From: Lama glama
Taxonomy: Eukaryota
Length of the DNA: 64,000 bases
Reading direction: 5' to 3'
Assembly (NCBI GenBank): GCA_028534125.1
Contig: CM052816.1
Coordinates: 33,606,001-33,670,000 of the forward strand
The notes under the pieces were generated by a model. The model was not told where the DNA came from, made no database searches, and saw only the letters and a program-made list of their open reading frames with translations. Position 1 is the first letter of the stretch. Every line of letters starts with the position of its first letter. A program made the position numbers and the translations under genes. Shown here one piece after another: positions 24,001 through 39,346 of the stretch.

Positions 24001-27000
24001 CAAAAGTAAAAAAATTGAAACTCCTTCAGATTAAGATACTAAAATAAAATCCCAACCAATACATCTTAAGCTGGGCTTCCTAATGCAGACCTCCAGTACC
24101 CTTGCTGATAAGGCAGAAGGAAAATGACAGGGTTCAGGAGAAGCTCTAAGACAAACAGAACTCATTTTCCTGAAACATTATATTTACATGATTATTTAGG
24201 TGAAGAAATAACAATCAAGTAATTTTGAATTTCCTTTACATTGAAATACAACCCTTTTCACAAAATGGGCTAGAATGCAAAATTTATATGAATGCTCAAC
24301 AATTTTTTAAGAAAAGAAATTTGAAGCCAGAGGTAGACTCTGCCATTAGAAGTAATTTGGTTAAATTTTTTTATTTTGGGAAGCATGGCTCTAATTCTTC
24401 TATTTTGTTGGAATTTTTATTTATTTTTCCTTAGTACTTTGTGTTTTTAAAAAGCAAGAGAATCCTATCACTCATTTATAAAATATTTCAAGTGTTACCA
24501 AAATTCTAACAGGAAAATCTCCCTTGAAATTCACACTGACAGAATTTAGTTTTGCTGACTACATTGTTACATATCACTATTTTGGAAGTATTTGATAAGA
24601 GAGACTTTCTATGGTAAACTGCCTAATAAAGGAGCCTCACAAGTTTACTTACGCTATCTCTTCCATTCTTTAGGAACTCTACAGAGATTTGCTTTTTGAA
24701 AGAAAGCCGGGATACTTGTGGCCGCATGGAGGCACAGCATAAAAGTTACTACACGAAAGCAGGACAAAGTACTGCCAATTACAATGTAAGCACAGGCTTT
24801 CTTTGGGATGGTAGAAACTATAGCTAGAGTCACAGTTACCCTTCTAACTCAGAAGGCAGTCACTGAGTTTTGTAAATAAAAGCAAAAGGCTTTAGAGAAG
24901 CTCCTTTCTTTTCATAAAACCAAAAGTAGAAAAGTTACGCATGGGACAAATATAAAAATTCTAACTTCTTTCATTCCGAAGGAAATAAAAATATCAGAGG
25001 TGTTAGCATATCTCCCTTATAAAGATCATTCACTAAGGTTTCTATATTTTTACGCAGAACAAACTGTATGTTAGCAAAAGGCAGAGTGGTCCCCAAATTT
25101 GGCTCAGTTAATTGGGCATTATTCTGATTGCTCCCTCACACTCACCTACCCATACTTTTAAATGAATTGTTTTTAAGCTACTCCATAAAGTACTCTCTTT
25201 ACAGCTGATGGACTACAAAATATAATAGAGAGATTTCGTAACTATGCTCCTAGACAACATACCTTTATGCTGATGCCCAATCTCTCAGAAAGTGAGTAAG
25301 TAAAAAAGCACTTTTAAATTTCTGTGAGTAAAATTAACATGTGAAAACTTCCCTCTTTTTCTTACCCAAGACACACGTATTTTTTCTGGTGCTAAGTTAC
25401 TAGTTACAAAAATACTTAACACATCTTGTCGTAGTTACGTATGTCAGTGTTCCTTACAATTTTTATAAAAATGCTAGCCCGTAACGTGACTTAGCACATA
25501 ATAAACCCCTAGTGAATGTGTATATGTGTATATCTAGCTAAATCAAGTTTCATAAAACAACACTCACCCTTATTATCAGAAGATATTCTCTGAAATTTTC
25601 TACTCTTGTCTATTCCTTTCAATTGTTTCTGCTACTCACAAATAGGGGTCAAGAGACATGGTTCAAAAAACACTAATTTATGCCATAATTATAATTATCC
25701 ATTTTTCATGTGAAATTGTAAACTCCTCAAGGACAAAGGGGCTAGCCTTTTTTCACTGCTATTGTCTCAGGACATTAACTAGTATCTAGTACATCTTAAC
25801 TTGTGTGCCTGGGGCCAACACAGAAAATCTTGTAGCCAACAGAGGAGGGAGTGTGGTATGATAAAGGGTGACTGAAATGTAATTTTAAAAAGACCAATAA
25901 AAAGTCTTCTAGTCCCCAAATGCCTAGCAACAGAAACATCACACATTATGGCAGCAATTTTTTTTCTTGCTTCATAAGTTAAACAAGTAATTTATTAGGC
26001 TGGGCTTAACACATCTAATTTCTAATGGCTCTGTAGCTACAGGCTGTACTTTTGCTGTACCCAAAGGTCTACTGAGTGCTCTCAAAGTCCACATATAGAG
26101 AGAGAAAAAATCTTGTGATGATTGATCACACTGGATTGAACAGCATTCAGCTAAATGGTGTTCTCCTGACTACCTTAGGCATTAACTTCTCCTCCTAAAG
26201 CCTTCAAAGTAAGGGAAACTTTACCTACTAATGCTTCTGGAATGTGTCTTTAGGGGCCAATATTAAGTGTACTATTGTATTACCTTAATAATATCAAGAT
26301 TAAGAAGGTTTTTCCACCGGGATTCAGGAAGGAGTGAAAGAGTCACCAACTGCTCATTCAGCTGTTCTGGGGAGTCATACTCTATCATTTCATCACTTGG
26401 TTCTATGGTTTCTTCTGATAACTCTACATCTTAAAAGAAAAAATTTTCAGGTAAAACAAATTAATGCTGAATGAGAGTTTATCACATAAAAGCAACTTAT
26501 TCATCCTAAACCCATATATTTCATAACATGTTCACTCAGTATAGCCCTGTAAATTCTTTCTATATATTTAGTTCATTTCCTTATTTTCTCATATTAACTA
26601 CAATTCTCATCACCAGACTCAAGACATTTCTCCTCTGGCATACTATTTGATATCTTGTGAATACCACATTGATTACATTTTTGCATAAATTCATGAAGTC
26701 ATGCCAAATATTTCATAAGCTAAAAAATACTTTGAATGCACTGAATTTTGCTTTCAGGAGCAATATCCTGAATTAGGTTTACTGTATAACATTTCAAAAA
26801 TTACTTTGCCATTTTGTGATTACCTTGGCTTTGACAAGTACCAGGAAGCATCACTACTGTAGGAACATAATCAGTGGGAAGTGGCCGTAAAGAAACAACT
26901 GAATATAGGGAAATATTGGACCTGAGAAATAAAAACATAAGCAATGTTTTAAAAATTATAAAAATAGTTTTTTTCAGAAAAACTCAGTTACTGGTAATAA

Positions 27001-30000
27001 TTTCCACAATCTTGAATTTGGCTACAGATTCTCATGACTTGTAAATTTAAAAAAATATCAAAAATAGATAGTATTAATTTGAAAATGCTTTGGTTCATGT
27101 CAGATGACATCACAAGAAAGCTGTGCATAAACATTATTAACAGAGTCTTTATTTTTAATGTAGCACAAAAAAGTACTTATTTGAGAGATGAGCAGTAGAT
27201 AACACTTTCATAAGGTAATGTAACATCCACATATTCATACTGCTTTGACAAATGGCAACCTTCATATAAAGAAATTATAACTGAAGGAAAGATGGACTTA
27301 GAGAGTTAAATCAGGGAGAGAATATGCTGATCAGATCCTTGGGTCTGCTGAACAGTCATGGATTTCCCCTCCTCTAGAATGGTCCTCTAAGTGGCCACGT
27401 TTCTGCTACCTGATCCTGTACCATGGCCTTGGACGACTAATTAAGATGTGGACATCTGTCTTAAGGTGGGCTAATCAGATTCTCTTTCGTACACATAATG
27501 AATCTGGAATGGAAAATAAAAATTGGTAGTATCAGGTTCTGAGTTATATTACTAGCTACACTATACACCCTTGCTGCTGAGGTACCACAGCTATCATTCT
27601 TGTCTTGATTGTTTAAGGTTAATAGATTCCAGGAGATATTCCATTTTGCTTATTAAGGTGGCTAGAGACACAATGCCTATTGTACACTGACTTTACTTTC
27701 ATACCCTAAAAAGCTAATTATAGAATTTTGTAATCAGAAAAGGAATTCATTTTTCTCTCTTCCTCAGTAAGAGTTAAAAAAAATTAGACATCTGAACTCA
27801 GAAAATAGATAAATATTTTTCTAGGCCCAGATAATGGACGATTTATTTTGAACTCTTACATGTTCATGACAGTGGAGCTTGAAGACCACCATAAATATCT
27901 TTACATGGTTATGAAAAGTTATGAAAAGCAACTAAAAAGAATCTTAGAAAGCATTTTGCCCACAACTTATTTTATAGATAAAGTAGGCTAAAGTTCAGAG
28001 GTGACTGGCCAAGGTCATAAACGGGTTTGGAGTATTGGCAGGAAGACCAGCCCAGCTGGGGATATCCCTTTTCTAACATTTTTCTAACATTTTTTTTTTT
28101 ATTCAAGTATAGTTGATTTAAAATGTTATGTTAGTTTCAGGTGTACAGCAACGCGATTCTGTTATATATATATATATATGTATTCTTTTTCAGATTTTTT
28201 TCCATTATAGGTTATTATAAGATACTGAATATAGTTCCCTGGGCTACAAAGTAGGTCCTGGTTGCTTATTTATTTTATATATAGTAGTGTGTATTGTATT
28301 AATCCCAAACTGCTAATTTATCCCTCCCCACTTCCCCTTTGGTAACCATAGATTGCTTTCTATGTCTGTGAGTGTATTACTGGTCTGTAAATATTATTTC
28401 ATTTATATCGTTTTTTTGATTCCATATATAAGTGATACCATATGATATTTGTCTTTCTTTGCCTGACTTATTTCAATCAAAATGATAATCTCTAGGTCCA
28501 CTCATGTGCTGTAAACAGCATTATTTCATTGCTTTTATGGCTGAGTAATACTGTATGGCATATATATGTATCTTCTTTATCCATTTACCTGTTGAGGGAC
28601 ATTTAAATTGCTTCTGTATCTTGGCTATTGTAAACAGTGCTGCTATGAATGTTGGGTGCATGTATCTTTTTGAATTGGAGTTTTCTCAATATATGCCCAG
28701 GAGTGGGATTGCTGGATCATACAGTAAGTCTACTTTTAGATTTTTAAGTAACCTCTATCCTGTTCTTCACAGTGGCTGTACCATTTTACATTCCCACCAA
28801 CAGTGCAGGAGGGTTACCTTTTCTCAACACCCTCTCTAGCATTTATTTTTTGTAGACTTTTTGATAATGGACATTCTGACCAGTGTTAACTATGTGACAT
28901 TTCCACTTCATAAAAAAAAAAAAAGGCAATGTTAACAACTATGACTGTTTGATAATATCATCTTTCTTCAACTTCTTACCCAAAAGAGAACTGTATGAAA
29001 GAACTTACCATAAATAAATTCCAAGGTGGTCCACATGGGAAGTGGCCAGAAAGTCTCCAGTAGGTGACATAGTAACATTAAGAGGAGCTGAGTCCAACAA
29101 AAAGCTGTCTATCAGGCTGTAAAAAGAATAAAAAAAAATTTGAAATCTATCAAAAAGGATGTAATTCACAAAATATATGTTTTCTAAAAGAACAAAGGAT
29201 AAGAGATGCAGGAAATTTTTGGTTTTGTTTTTGCTTTTAAATTACCAACACCAGAAAGTCATCATTAACAAAGAGCTTTGTCAACTAAGTTACTATGTGA
29301 AAATAATCTCCTTAATGAGAAAGACCCCGAACATTAAATAGACCAATTAACTGGAAAAAGAGTTTCAACAATCAGGAGAACACAGGAGGAAATGCTCTGT
29401 TTTTCTGGAATGGCATTTTGGTAGACTCGCTTGGAAACCATTCTAAAGATGTCACACATTTAGAATAAATTATCAGCATTCTCCTGTTTTTGTTAATCCA
29501 GTGAAAATAATAAAAGATGTAGGGAATAAAAGTAACAAAATAAAATGGCTGTAAATAAGAATAAGAGAATGGTAATGAAAAAAACATTTGAGCAGTTTTA
29601 CCTGTTTTTCAAATAGGTAACCATGCTATACATGAAACATGAAAATTCAGTCTGTAGAGCACAACCATAATGCAGCTTATGGAAACCAGTCTTACAACTT
29701 TAAAATGCTGCAGTCAGGGGTTGAAAAGTTAGGGAATGATCACACCCAAGTAGGAGACTCAGAATAGGCTTTCAGAGAACACAGTGTGTTGAGATGAGCC
29801 TTACAAATGGACAGGGGTTCAATGGATGTCAATGGTAAAGGAAGCATTTTCTGGGTGAGGGAAATGTGGAAGGCAAAGCAAGAGAAAACTGTGTAGTGAG
29901 GAGTGCAGTCTGGTCTTGAATACCAAACATCTGAATTTTTTACTTTTTAATCAATGGAAAGTCACTACAGGCTTTTGAGCAGATAGTGTATAATCTTCAT

Positions 30001-33000
30001 TTTCATAAGAAAACCTGCTAGCAGAAGATATCTGAACAGGAAGAACAGTGAGATTATGGTTGTAGTCATCTAAAAAGCAATGAAGATCTGAACCAGGATG
30101 GTGGCAGCAGGAAGTGAAATGAGGCAAGTTTAAGGAGTAAAGAGAAAGGCCTAACCACTGGCATCTTGCAGAAGAGGCTTCTTAGGCTGGGTAGGAGTGT
30201 GAATACTCTGTATACTTTAAGAGGCATATACTGGTTTTAATCAGAACTGTTTTAAAAACTATTTGATTCACTGAAGCCAATACATTATCCATGGGAAGTC
30301 ATGACAAAATGACCGAAGTTCAGAATCTGCATTAAATAAAACAAAGTATTCAAAAAAAAAAAAAAACAGCAGTTAACAGTTTTTAGTGCTTCGTGCTAGG
30401 AAGTATCCTGAGCACTAGTGCCTACTAGTTTAAGTCTCACAAACTTATGAGGCAGATCTGCCCTTAGTATACATATCAGAAAAATGAGGCCCAGTTAAGA
30501 TTTGAAAACTTGCTCAAGACAGAAATTAACTGACCTAGACCTGTCATCAAGCAGCCTGCACTCTTAATCACTATAAACTTAGCAAAATCACCACTGAAAC
30601 TAAAGGTACAACAGTCTGATAGTCTGAAAGCACGTGAACACCCAGGGCATGCCTACACTGGTGATTCATGGAGCAGCTCAAATGTAACATGAAGACTCTC
30701 CAATGGACTGTCCTTGATAAAATCTCTCTCTCAATTTGTTCAGCGTGATTAATGCAAACCTTAACTAATGAATGCAAGATTGTAAGACAAGACTAAAATT
30801 AGGAGCACTAGAAACAAACCAGAGTGTGTGTGCTCAAGACAATGACTGATGTTTAATTCTCACTCATAGGGAAAAAAGGTGAATAATACATCTGTCTGAT
30901 TTCTGCTCAGACCTACTTTGGAAACTCACAAGAATAACCACTTCTGAGGATCAAGGAAATTGGGGAAAAGGAAATATTTGCTATATATATATATACATAT
31001 ATACCTATTTATGTATGTATGTGTATATATATGTACACACACACCAAAGATTGTTAAATTATGTTAATTCATTTAATCCAAACAACCCAGAGCAGAAATA
31101 TTATCTCAATGTATGATGAAGATTAAACCTAAACTCAGCCATTTCAGAACTTACCATTTTCTTTGCTCTCATAGACATATTTTATTTCTATATACATTTT
31201 TTAAAAATTTACATGTATTTCTTATTTGTCTTAATTAATATTTGTTCATTAAAAAGTGCAAGTACGTGAGGAGTGAAGCTCCCTAACAGGTTTAAGAATC
31301 TATTTGTTATAAAGAGAAATACACTGCTTGAGCAAGTTTATTTAACTTGATACTATAATTATTTTGGCAAATTCATTGTGCAACTTGATTTCCACAGCTG
31401 TTATGTGTGGGTAGACTGGCCTTCCATTATGTAAAAGCATCAAATTGAGGAAGATGGTTTCCACATACACAGCACATTTTACGCTGCCACATTAGTTCAT
31501 AAAGCACAAGTATGCAGGCTTAATCCCAGACCAAACTGCATATAGTCTCCTGCTAATCCTACAACATGAAAAGTCTCAGGTAAATTATAGGATTCTTAAG
31601 AGAACATTAAAAAAAATTCCCATTTTAAGGGATCAGATTTTCAAACACAGAGCCTTTCATATACAGGTAGCACTAAGTTACTTCTGATTATATTCTGAAC
31701 AAGTATAGACAATGTTTATATTGTCCAAAATGATGGAATCACCTTACAAAGGAAACTTTAATAAACAGAACAAAGGAAAAATTTTGCCTCAGTGAGAAAT
31801 GCAAAACAATGTTCTATTCTAATTATTCTCATGTAATGTTCCTCAGAAAGCATGGGGGGGGGTGAGACAGAACAAAACGCAAAATTCTATTAAAACTGTT
31901 TAATTTTATATTTTTCTCACCCCGAAAGAGTTCAACCTAAACTTTTAAAAGATTAAAAGCAACCAGAAATAAACAGTGGTAGGCAATGACAGACAATTGC
32001 AAGAATAAAAAATTTCAACTCTGCTTCTCTGAGAATCCTACAAACAAAAGAACATTTTCAGCATTTAAACAAAAAACTTCACTGGAAACAGCTCAGTTCC
32101 TATGCAATTTGTTTTAGATAGGCACAATTCCAGATGGATACACCGGTGTGTTGCCACACCCCAAGGTTTACTCACACATAGATTCACTTTTCAGGCTATG
32201 TAATGAGTATATTCATTCTTTACGTATTTAAAGTGTTAAGCAAATGATAAAACTGCTTACTGAAGAAAAAACTAGGACTCTCCAAAGGTTGCCATACCAC
32301 TTATGTTTTTAAAAAGAGGTGGAATCAAAAAACCCAACAGTTACCTATGGTTGTATGATGAAATACTGATCCTTACTTCCTTACTATCTTCTACATCAAG
32401 AAAACCATTCATCATTAGATCGTATGACACAACCCAAGCGAGGCTGATAGCACAAGTACTGGGAAATCTGTTTCCTTCTCATATGCTTATTACAGCAAAA
32501 TGTCATGTACAAACTATGCAGCCTTGGGCAAATCACTTAACTCTTCTCTAGGCCTCCATTTCCTCATTTGTAAATGGGACTAAAAACAGGACGAGTACCT
32601 ACACCTAAAAGGATCTGACAGAAGATGAAAAATAAGAGCATATAAAGTGCCTAGCAGCTCACTTTAACTTAGCTTAGTTTCAGTTAGGCGGCAGCAGTTG
32701 TGTGATGCTGCTTTTCAAGCTTTCTCATTTGTTCCACTTCAAATCTTAACCAAAGAAGTACTTATTTTTTTCTTTATTAAAAATACACTTTGGTCTAATC
32801 AGTGTAGATATTATTATATTTTCTTTTAACAATCCCTGTGACTCATTTCTTGCTCTTGTGTTTCTCCTAGCTTCATGCCTCTGTATTCACTTAAAATTAT
32901 CTCAGTGTTCACCTAAAAATAAGATACCAGAGTTGAAAACCTGTCAGCTTTAAATTTGTTCATCTTTTTACTGAAATAAGAAATTCAGCAAAAAGGCTAA

Positions 33001-36000
33001 TGCTGAGTCAAAGGTTGGTGACTTTGAATGCTACTTTCAGATCCTAATTCTTCCATTCCAAAAATAAACTTAGCACTTCAAAAAAATATTTTGTCAATTT
33101 AGTACCACTCAACATTAACCTAACTCTCCCATCTAATGTGAACTAAAACTACTAAAAAGGAAAATGAAAAAGGTGTTACATCAACTCCATTTCTTGTACA
33201 ACATTCCTACTGTAAAGAATTCAAATTATAATGTTCATTTTTAGAAAACAGCAAAAGTCCAAGGAGCAACAGACTAACCAACAGTTCTGATGGTGCCTTT
33301 AAGAAAAAGAAAGAAAGTTTTTTGTTTTTTTTTTAATTAAGGAAGTATCAACTTTAGGTGAACTTTCTGAAGCGAGTGGACACAGTCAACTAATTAGATT
33401 TTGCTTTACTCTATTTCAAGTGAAAAAGAGACACATTTGTGGGCAAAAGCCTCTTCTTTAATTAGAGTCACTCTTGCTGTGCATATTCCAAATTCGGTAT
33501 GCAAGCTGTGTAGACAGCTGTGCCTCATTCCTCTATCAAACTTGAAAGGAAATAAGTACATCAGGGTTTTTCCTTTCTAAAGGTCAAACTGCTCTCAGCT
33601 ATGAGCTTATCCAGTTCCTGAGAAAGAAGAGGAGTAGAATTGGACAGAGCTTAATTAAGGAATATTTCAGAGGATTAAAAAGTACCCTTGTCCTTCTCAC
33701 TGCTCTCAGCCATCTCTCTCCTTATGCTATGCTCCTGCTGTTCTCATCACTCCTTTCAAACTCGATCTAAGCAATTCTGTGTTAAGTGATACAATTTCAA
33801 TTCTATCTATGCCTACATAATTTTTAGCAACAAGTACACTCTCTCTCTGTAAGTCTCCACTGTTCAAATTATTTAACAGAATAAATGTTTTCTCTTCAAG
33901 TGCTGTTTTACTAGCAAAAGTTTTAATCTATGACACTGCTGAACACTGCTGGGTTTAATCCAAATCTTAAGACACAAATTTTCATTACTCTAAGGTATCT
34001 AAATGTCTTATTTCAAGAATTATATTAGAGACAGAAAATACATAATATACAGAAGACAAAGTTAGGGATTTGACCATTTGACTAAATCCAATACATACAA
34101 CAACAACAAAACAAGAAAATACTCAAAATGAAAGTTAATAGTCCTAAAGTTTGAGCTCTATCTTAGGGTATCAAAAAGACCAAATGAGCTTTTTTAGGAT
34201 TTATGCAACTCACTTCTATATCTCAATTTTGTAGAAACACAGTATCTAAGAGACTGCATTTTCATCACTATTATCTTTTATGACACTACTCCCTACTGTT
34301 TGAGATCAAAAATACTCCAAGGATAAAATATAGTCAGGTTAGAAAAATCCCCAAATATATTCACACTCAAAAAGTACATAATCCATTAATTACAGGTAAT
34401 AGTTGCATGTAAAGACAATAACTAAGAAAACTTTTGATAGAGGTTAGAGATTCAAAAAACTCACCACCCAGATGGAAGGTCCCAAGTTCTAATAGAGCAA
34501 TCCATTGAAGCACTTATTAACCAACGACCATCAGGACTGAAAGCCTTTAAATTAAAAAAAAAACCAAATATAATATATATGTCTGTATATATGTGTATGT
34601 ATGTATGTATGTTTGGACCTATATATTTAATAGCTTAAAGAATACAAGAAATAAAAAACTAATACAGGTTGCATTAAAAAAAAACTGATTGAGTAAAATT
34701 TAGACTACCTTATCTTACGTAAAAGAAAATACCATTTCTGATATACCACTGAGAACATTCAATTAGAAATATTTTGCTAGCCTAATTTCAGCTAAGTATC
34801 TGTGAAAGAAACAAAAGCTATATTTCCTTGAAAAGACTCTATGAATTAGACTGGCTTTCTAAGAATCCAAAATGATTAAAACAAGAATGCAAATTCTCTT
34901 AAAATAGTGAAGTTAATCATATTTTCAATATAAATTTAAATAATAAACTACTTATGCCTTACAAGCTGCTCATAAACTACTGTACACTACTTATAAAGAA
35001 CTTATATCTTTTCTATTGATAAAAACTGAAAAATAATAGCTCTCGTTGCTTGTAACATGTGACTCTTAAGTAAGGCCAAATGTGAAAGATCCAAAAGGAA
35101 AAACTTCAAGATTTATAATGGTAGTAAAATTGTTCATCCAAAATCTAAACACACCATAAGGATTATAACCATCCATATTAGCAAATAATACTGGGATAAA
35201 TGAACTCAATTTTGTCATCAGGCTATGGTGATACTGTGGAAATTCAAATCTTAAGGTACAGAGAGTACAATTTATAGGATAGTGCAGATAAGAATGGAAA
35301 ATTACTCTGGTAGGTAAAGTCATGTTATAAATGCTCACAGATTTACTTGAACAGGAGTAATTTGTTACTAACTAGGAGAAACTCCAGACACACAACCTGA
35401 AAGTAAAGTTTAAAAAGGAAAGAAATAGGAGGAGCAAGTTGGCACTGACAGATGTTTTCAAAAATGTTATTTCATCAAAATTACTCCACTCCCACCCCCA
35501 TTCCTATAGAAGCTGTCACAACAAATTCTGTTGCTGGGTAGTTCTGCCTACCTCCTATGTGCAGAACAACAGATTTTTGACTATCCCCCCCAACCCCTAT
35601 TTTTAAGGAAATGGGTAAACACTGCAAACCCAGACTTTTGATGTGAGAACTGATAAGTAAATGTAGCTGTTGGGAGTGCTACTAACTAGTTAGGACTTTA
35701 TTTTTTTAATCTGTTTTCAAGTAAATCAAGGTATCTGCAATTGATGCAAATAACAATATATACTTAAAATATTCTCAACATATACTTTTTAAACTAGAGT
35801 ACTTCTTACCATATTTCCCACTATAAGAACACAATAGTAAACTAAAACATACTTTTACTAATTAAACACTTTTGATGTTAAGATATATTAGAAATAATAT
35901 TAAACTAGAATAAACTAGGTATCAGATATTCCAGGTCTCCTACCATTAATTCACTATGCATGTAGAAAAACAGAAATGAATTCTCTCAGCCTAGTTTAAT

Positions 36001-39000
36001 ATTAAGTCAAAAATGATATACTTATGTTTCAATGAATCATTCATTCTCTAAAGTATATTTGACCTTATTTAGAGTTTAAGAGAGAAAAATGAACTCTGGG
36101 ATTTATACTTTAATCCAATGGGATTAACTTCCTGAGAAATATTAAACTTCTTTTAATTCTACATTTTCTTTAAAAGTCTCTTCTTAGAAAATTAGCCTCC
36201 AAGTTATTTATTTTGAACATCTCCTCATAGGATGAGTTTAATGCTATTAAAAAAATAAGTTTCAATTATTTGAACATTTTTAGCATAAACAGAAAAAAGA
36301 AAGGAATCAAGTTTTGTTTAAACATTTAAAGTTTGTTTTACCATGTCATTTATTTGACCTTGGTGTCCAGAAAACTCTCTGACAATCTTCCTAGTTTCTA
36401 TGTCCAAAACACTAATGGAGAAGTCATCCAAGGCAAGTCCCAGAATGCCACTAGCAAGATAAATGCACCAGTTTTAATAAACAAGCAAACAAATAAAAAA
36501 ACCTTGAACTAAAATCTCACAGTCATTTAAATTTTATTAATGAAGTATAACTTTGAGGGAAATTAAGCAAAATGCTATTCTTTTCTATGAAAAGTCTGGT
36601 TTCCCCACTTGGTAAATTATGTACAGTTAACCACTGAACATGAGGATTAGCGCACTGAGGCCTCTGTGCAGTCAAAAATCTGTGTATACCTTTACAGTTG
36701 GCCTTCCATGTCCATGGTTCTGCATCTGCAGATTCAGCCAACTGCGGATCATGTGGTGCTACAGTGAGTGTTTAGTGAAAGAAATTTGTGTATAAGTGGA
36801 CCTGCACAGTTCAAACCTGTGTTGTTCAGGGTTTCAATTTTCTTTATTTAAATTAAGAACTTTTACCAAAAACATCAAGAAGAAAGTCCATTGTCATCAA
36901 AAGAAAAACTTTACCTGTCTCTATGTAGCAGCATCATATTTGGAGATGAATCAAGGCTCACAGAATGAATTAAAACTTTGTTTTTAAAGTTCCAGAACTT
37001 GAGTAATCCTTCACTACCAGTTGTAATTGTCAACTGGTTTAATCCATCCACTGCAACACCTCTAACAGATCCTTTATGGGCTTTAAAGCATATGTGAAAG
37101 GAAAAAACAGTAAGAACTGGCATTTCCTCTCTGAAAACTACACAAAAAGTGATTCCTTTATTTAAGTATCTAAGTTCCCACTATTAAACTCTCCTGAAGT
37201 TTTTAAATTAATCTGGATTTTAGGGGGCAGAGGGAAGGTTATTACAATGCTTCAGTAATAAGAAAATCTATCAGATTGGTGCCATGTAGGTTTCAACAAA
37301 AACGTTAATTTCTGTAACATCCACTTTCCCCTAATACAACTATGACTTCATTCTGTTTGAATAGTTCAACATGGTGATTATAATAGGTATAGTGGCAGTA
37401 TCTGCCACATAGGGGTGACCATAACCCATCTACAAGTTTAGCAAAATGGCAAGCACACAAGAATTTAATAAATGCCAGCAACTGTTATTAGCCTTATATC
37501 TATCTGTATTACTTTTTTAAAAAATAAGGAAAAAAAATTCAATACCTTGATCCTTGCCAAATCTTCCTCGATGTATACCAGACTGCATGTTATATACATC
37601 TACAGTTCCTGATGAGAGACCAATTACAGCAAAGTTTCCACAAGAAGTTATATCCACGGCCTTAGGGAAAAAAAATTTAAACACAAAGGACACAAAAAAT
37701 AGCTAACATTTTTACTGTACTTTATGCCTTGCAAAGTATTTTTTTAATCTACTAATTACATCATTTTCCAAAAGAGCACAATAAACAAACTGCTTCATTA
37801 ATTTTCTTAAACATAATGTAATTATATTTGGGTATCTAAGAAACAGCTGCTTGATTCTATCTCCATTCTCTAAGTATACAGAAATTATTACCCAAGACAA
37901 CAGAACATAATCAAAGTTAACTCAACTGAAACTTACAAAGCTGGAAGAATGGTATAACAGCTGGCCTTCAATTTTTAATTTACTCATGACAATGCTAAAG
38001 TCAAAGCATTCCATTGCCTAATTTCTCTTTCCCTTACTTTTGTAATTGCTTCTATAGCTGACATAAACCTAAAAACATATTAGTTAGGATATCTGATGAA
38101 AAAGCCCAAAATATTTTAATTATGACATATTAGGAAGGAAATACATAAGATATTACATGAAAAATATTTAGTTTATAAGCCATTTCTGTAAAATAAACTC
38201 ATATTTTGATACTTAACATAGCAATATTGTATTAAAAAGATGTGTTTTCTTCTGTTAAAAACATGAGGCTATGTAGTAGGCCATGGCCAGAGAAATCCTT
38301 CACTGCTACTGTCAGATGTCACCCACCAAAGAGTTAATTCAAAAGACTGTTGAATTTATGCCTAATGAAATAGATGAATTCTAAAATCTACAAGAAAATA
38401 TTTAATAGAGGCTATTTAACTGTGCAAAGCAGCTTAAAGCTGACACACCACTGAGTCAAGACATATTTAAATAGAATTCACATGTAAGTGTGCTCTACTT
38501 ACATATATTTTTTAGATAATCATAGCTTATTTCTTACAAAGCATTCTATCTTCCTAAACAGAAAACAAACATAATTTTAGCTATTTTGAATAGTTCATAA
38601 AAGTTTACACTATGTTATATACACTCATGCTTTTAGGGACTAATGAAGATACTAGGCTACAACCAACAAATAGTAAAGGCCCCCAATGGCCCTGCTATAC
38701 AAGAGTTCCCACTTATCTGCAGGGGATATGTTCCAAGACAACCAATAGATGTCACAAACCATGGGTAGCACACCAAACCCTAAACACACTATGCTTTTTC
38801 CTAAACTAATGTGTAGGTAGTGTATACAGTATGGGCCCATTAGATAAAAGGATGACTCATGACAGAGTGGGACAGTGTGAGATTTCACCACACTACTCAA
38901 ATGGCATGTAACTTAAAACTTAGAGACTGTTTATTTCTGAAATTTTTCTACTTAATATTTTCAGATTCAGCTTGACTACGGATAACTGAAGCTGTGGAAA

Positions 39001-39299
39001 GGGAGGACTACTTTACTTTTTAGAATTTAAATTTATTTTAATAGGGTTTATTGTTGTTAGTGCAAATGCTTCTGGCATTCTCCTTTTGTACTTTTTTCAT
39101 TCTAACCTATTAGAATGAATAGAATGAATAGGACAGCTTAAGCAAAGCAAAAATGAATAAGCTGAGACGGTTACCTCTAAGTGACAAATTGTACTCTAAT
39201 GTATGGGTTCTCTGATAAATTACTGTTTATTGGTTACTGGCTTTGTTCCAGACAGCTGACTCTGCCAGACAAATGACACAGCACCAATTAAGTATCACT

Positions 39300-39346
<47 letters not shown>

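Noticed and set aside
32350..32452. C/D box snoRNA candidate (ATGATGA ... CTGA)
   Set aside because: It is antisense to the host intron, the terminal stem is weak and GU-rich, and I recognise no rRNA guide.
33001..33010. TGCTGAGTCA NRF2/BACH-MAF element in intron 16
   Set aside because: A single 10-mer without supporting context; too weak to call.
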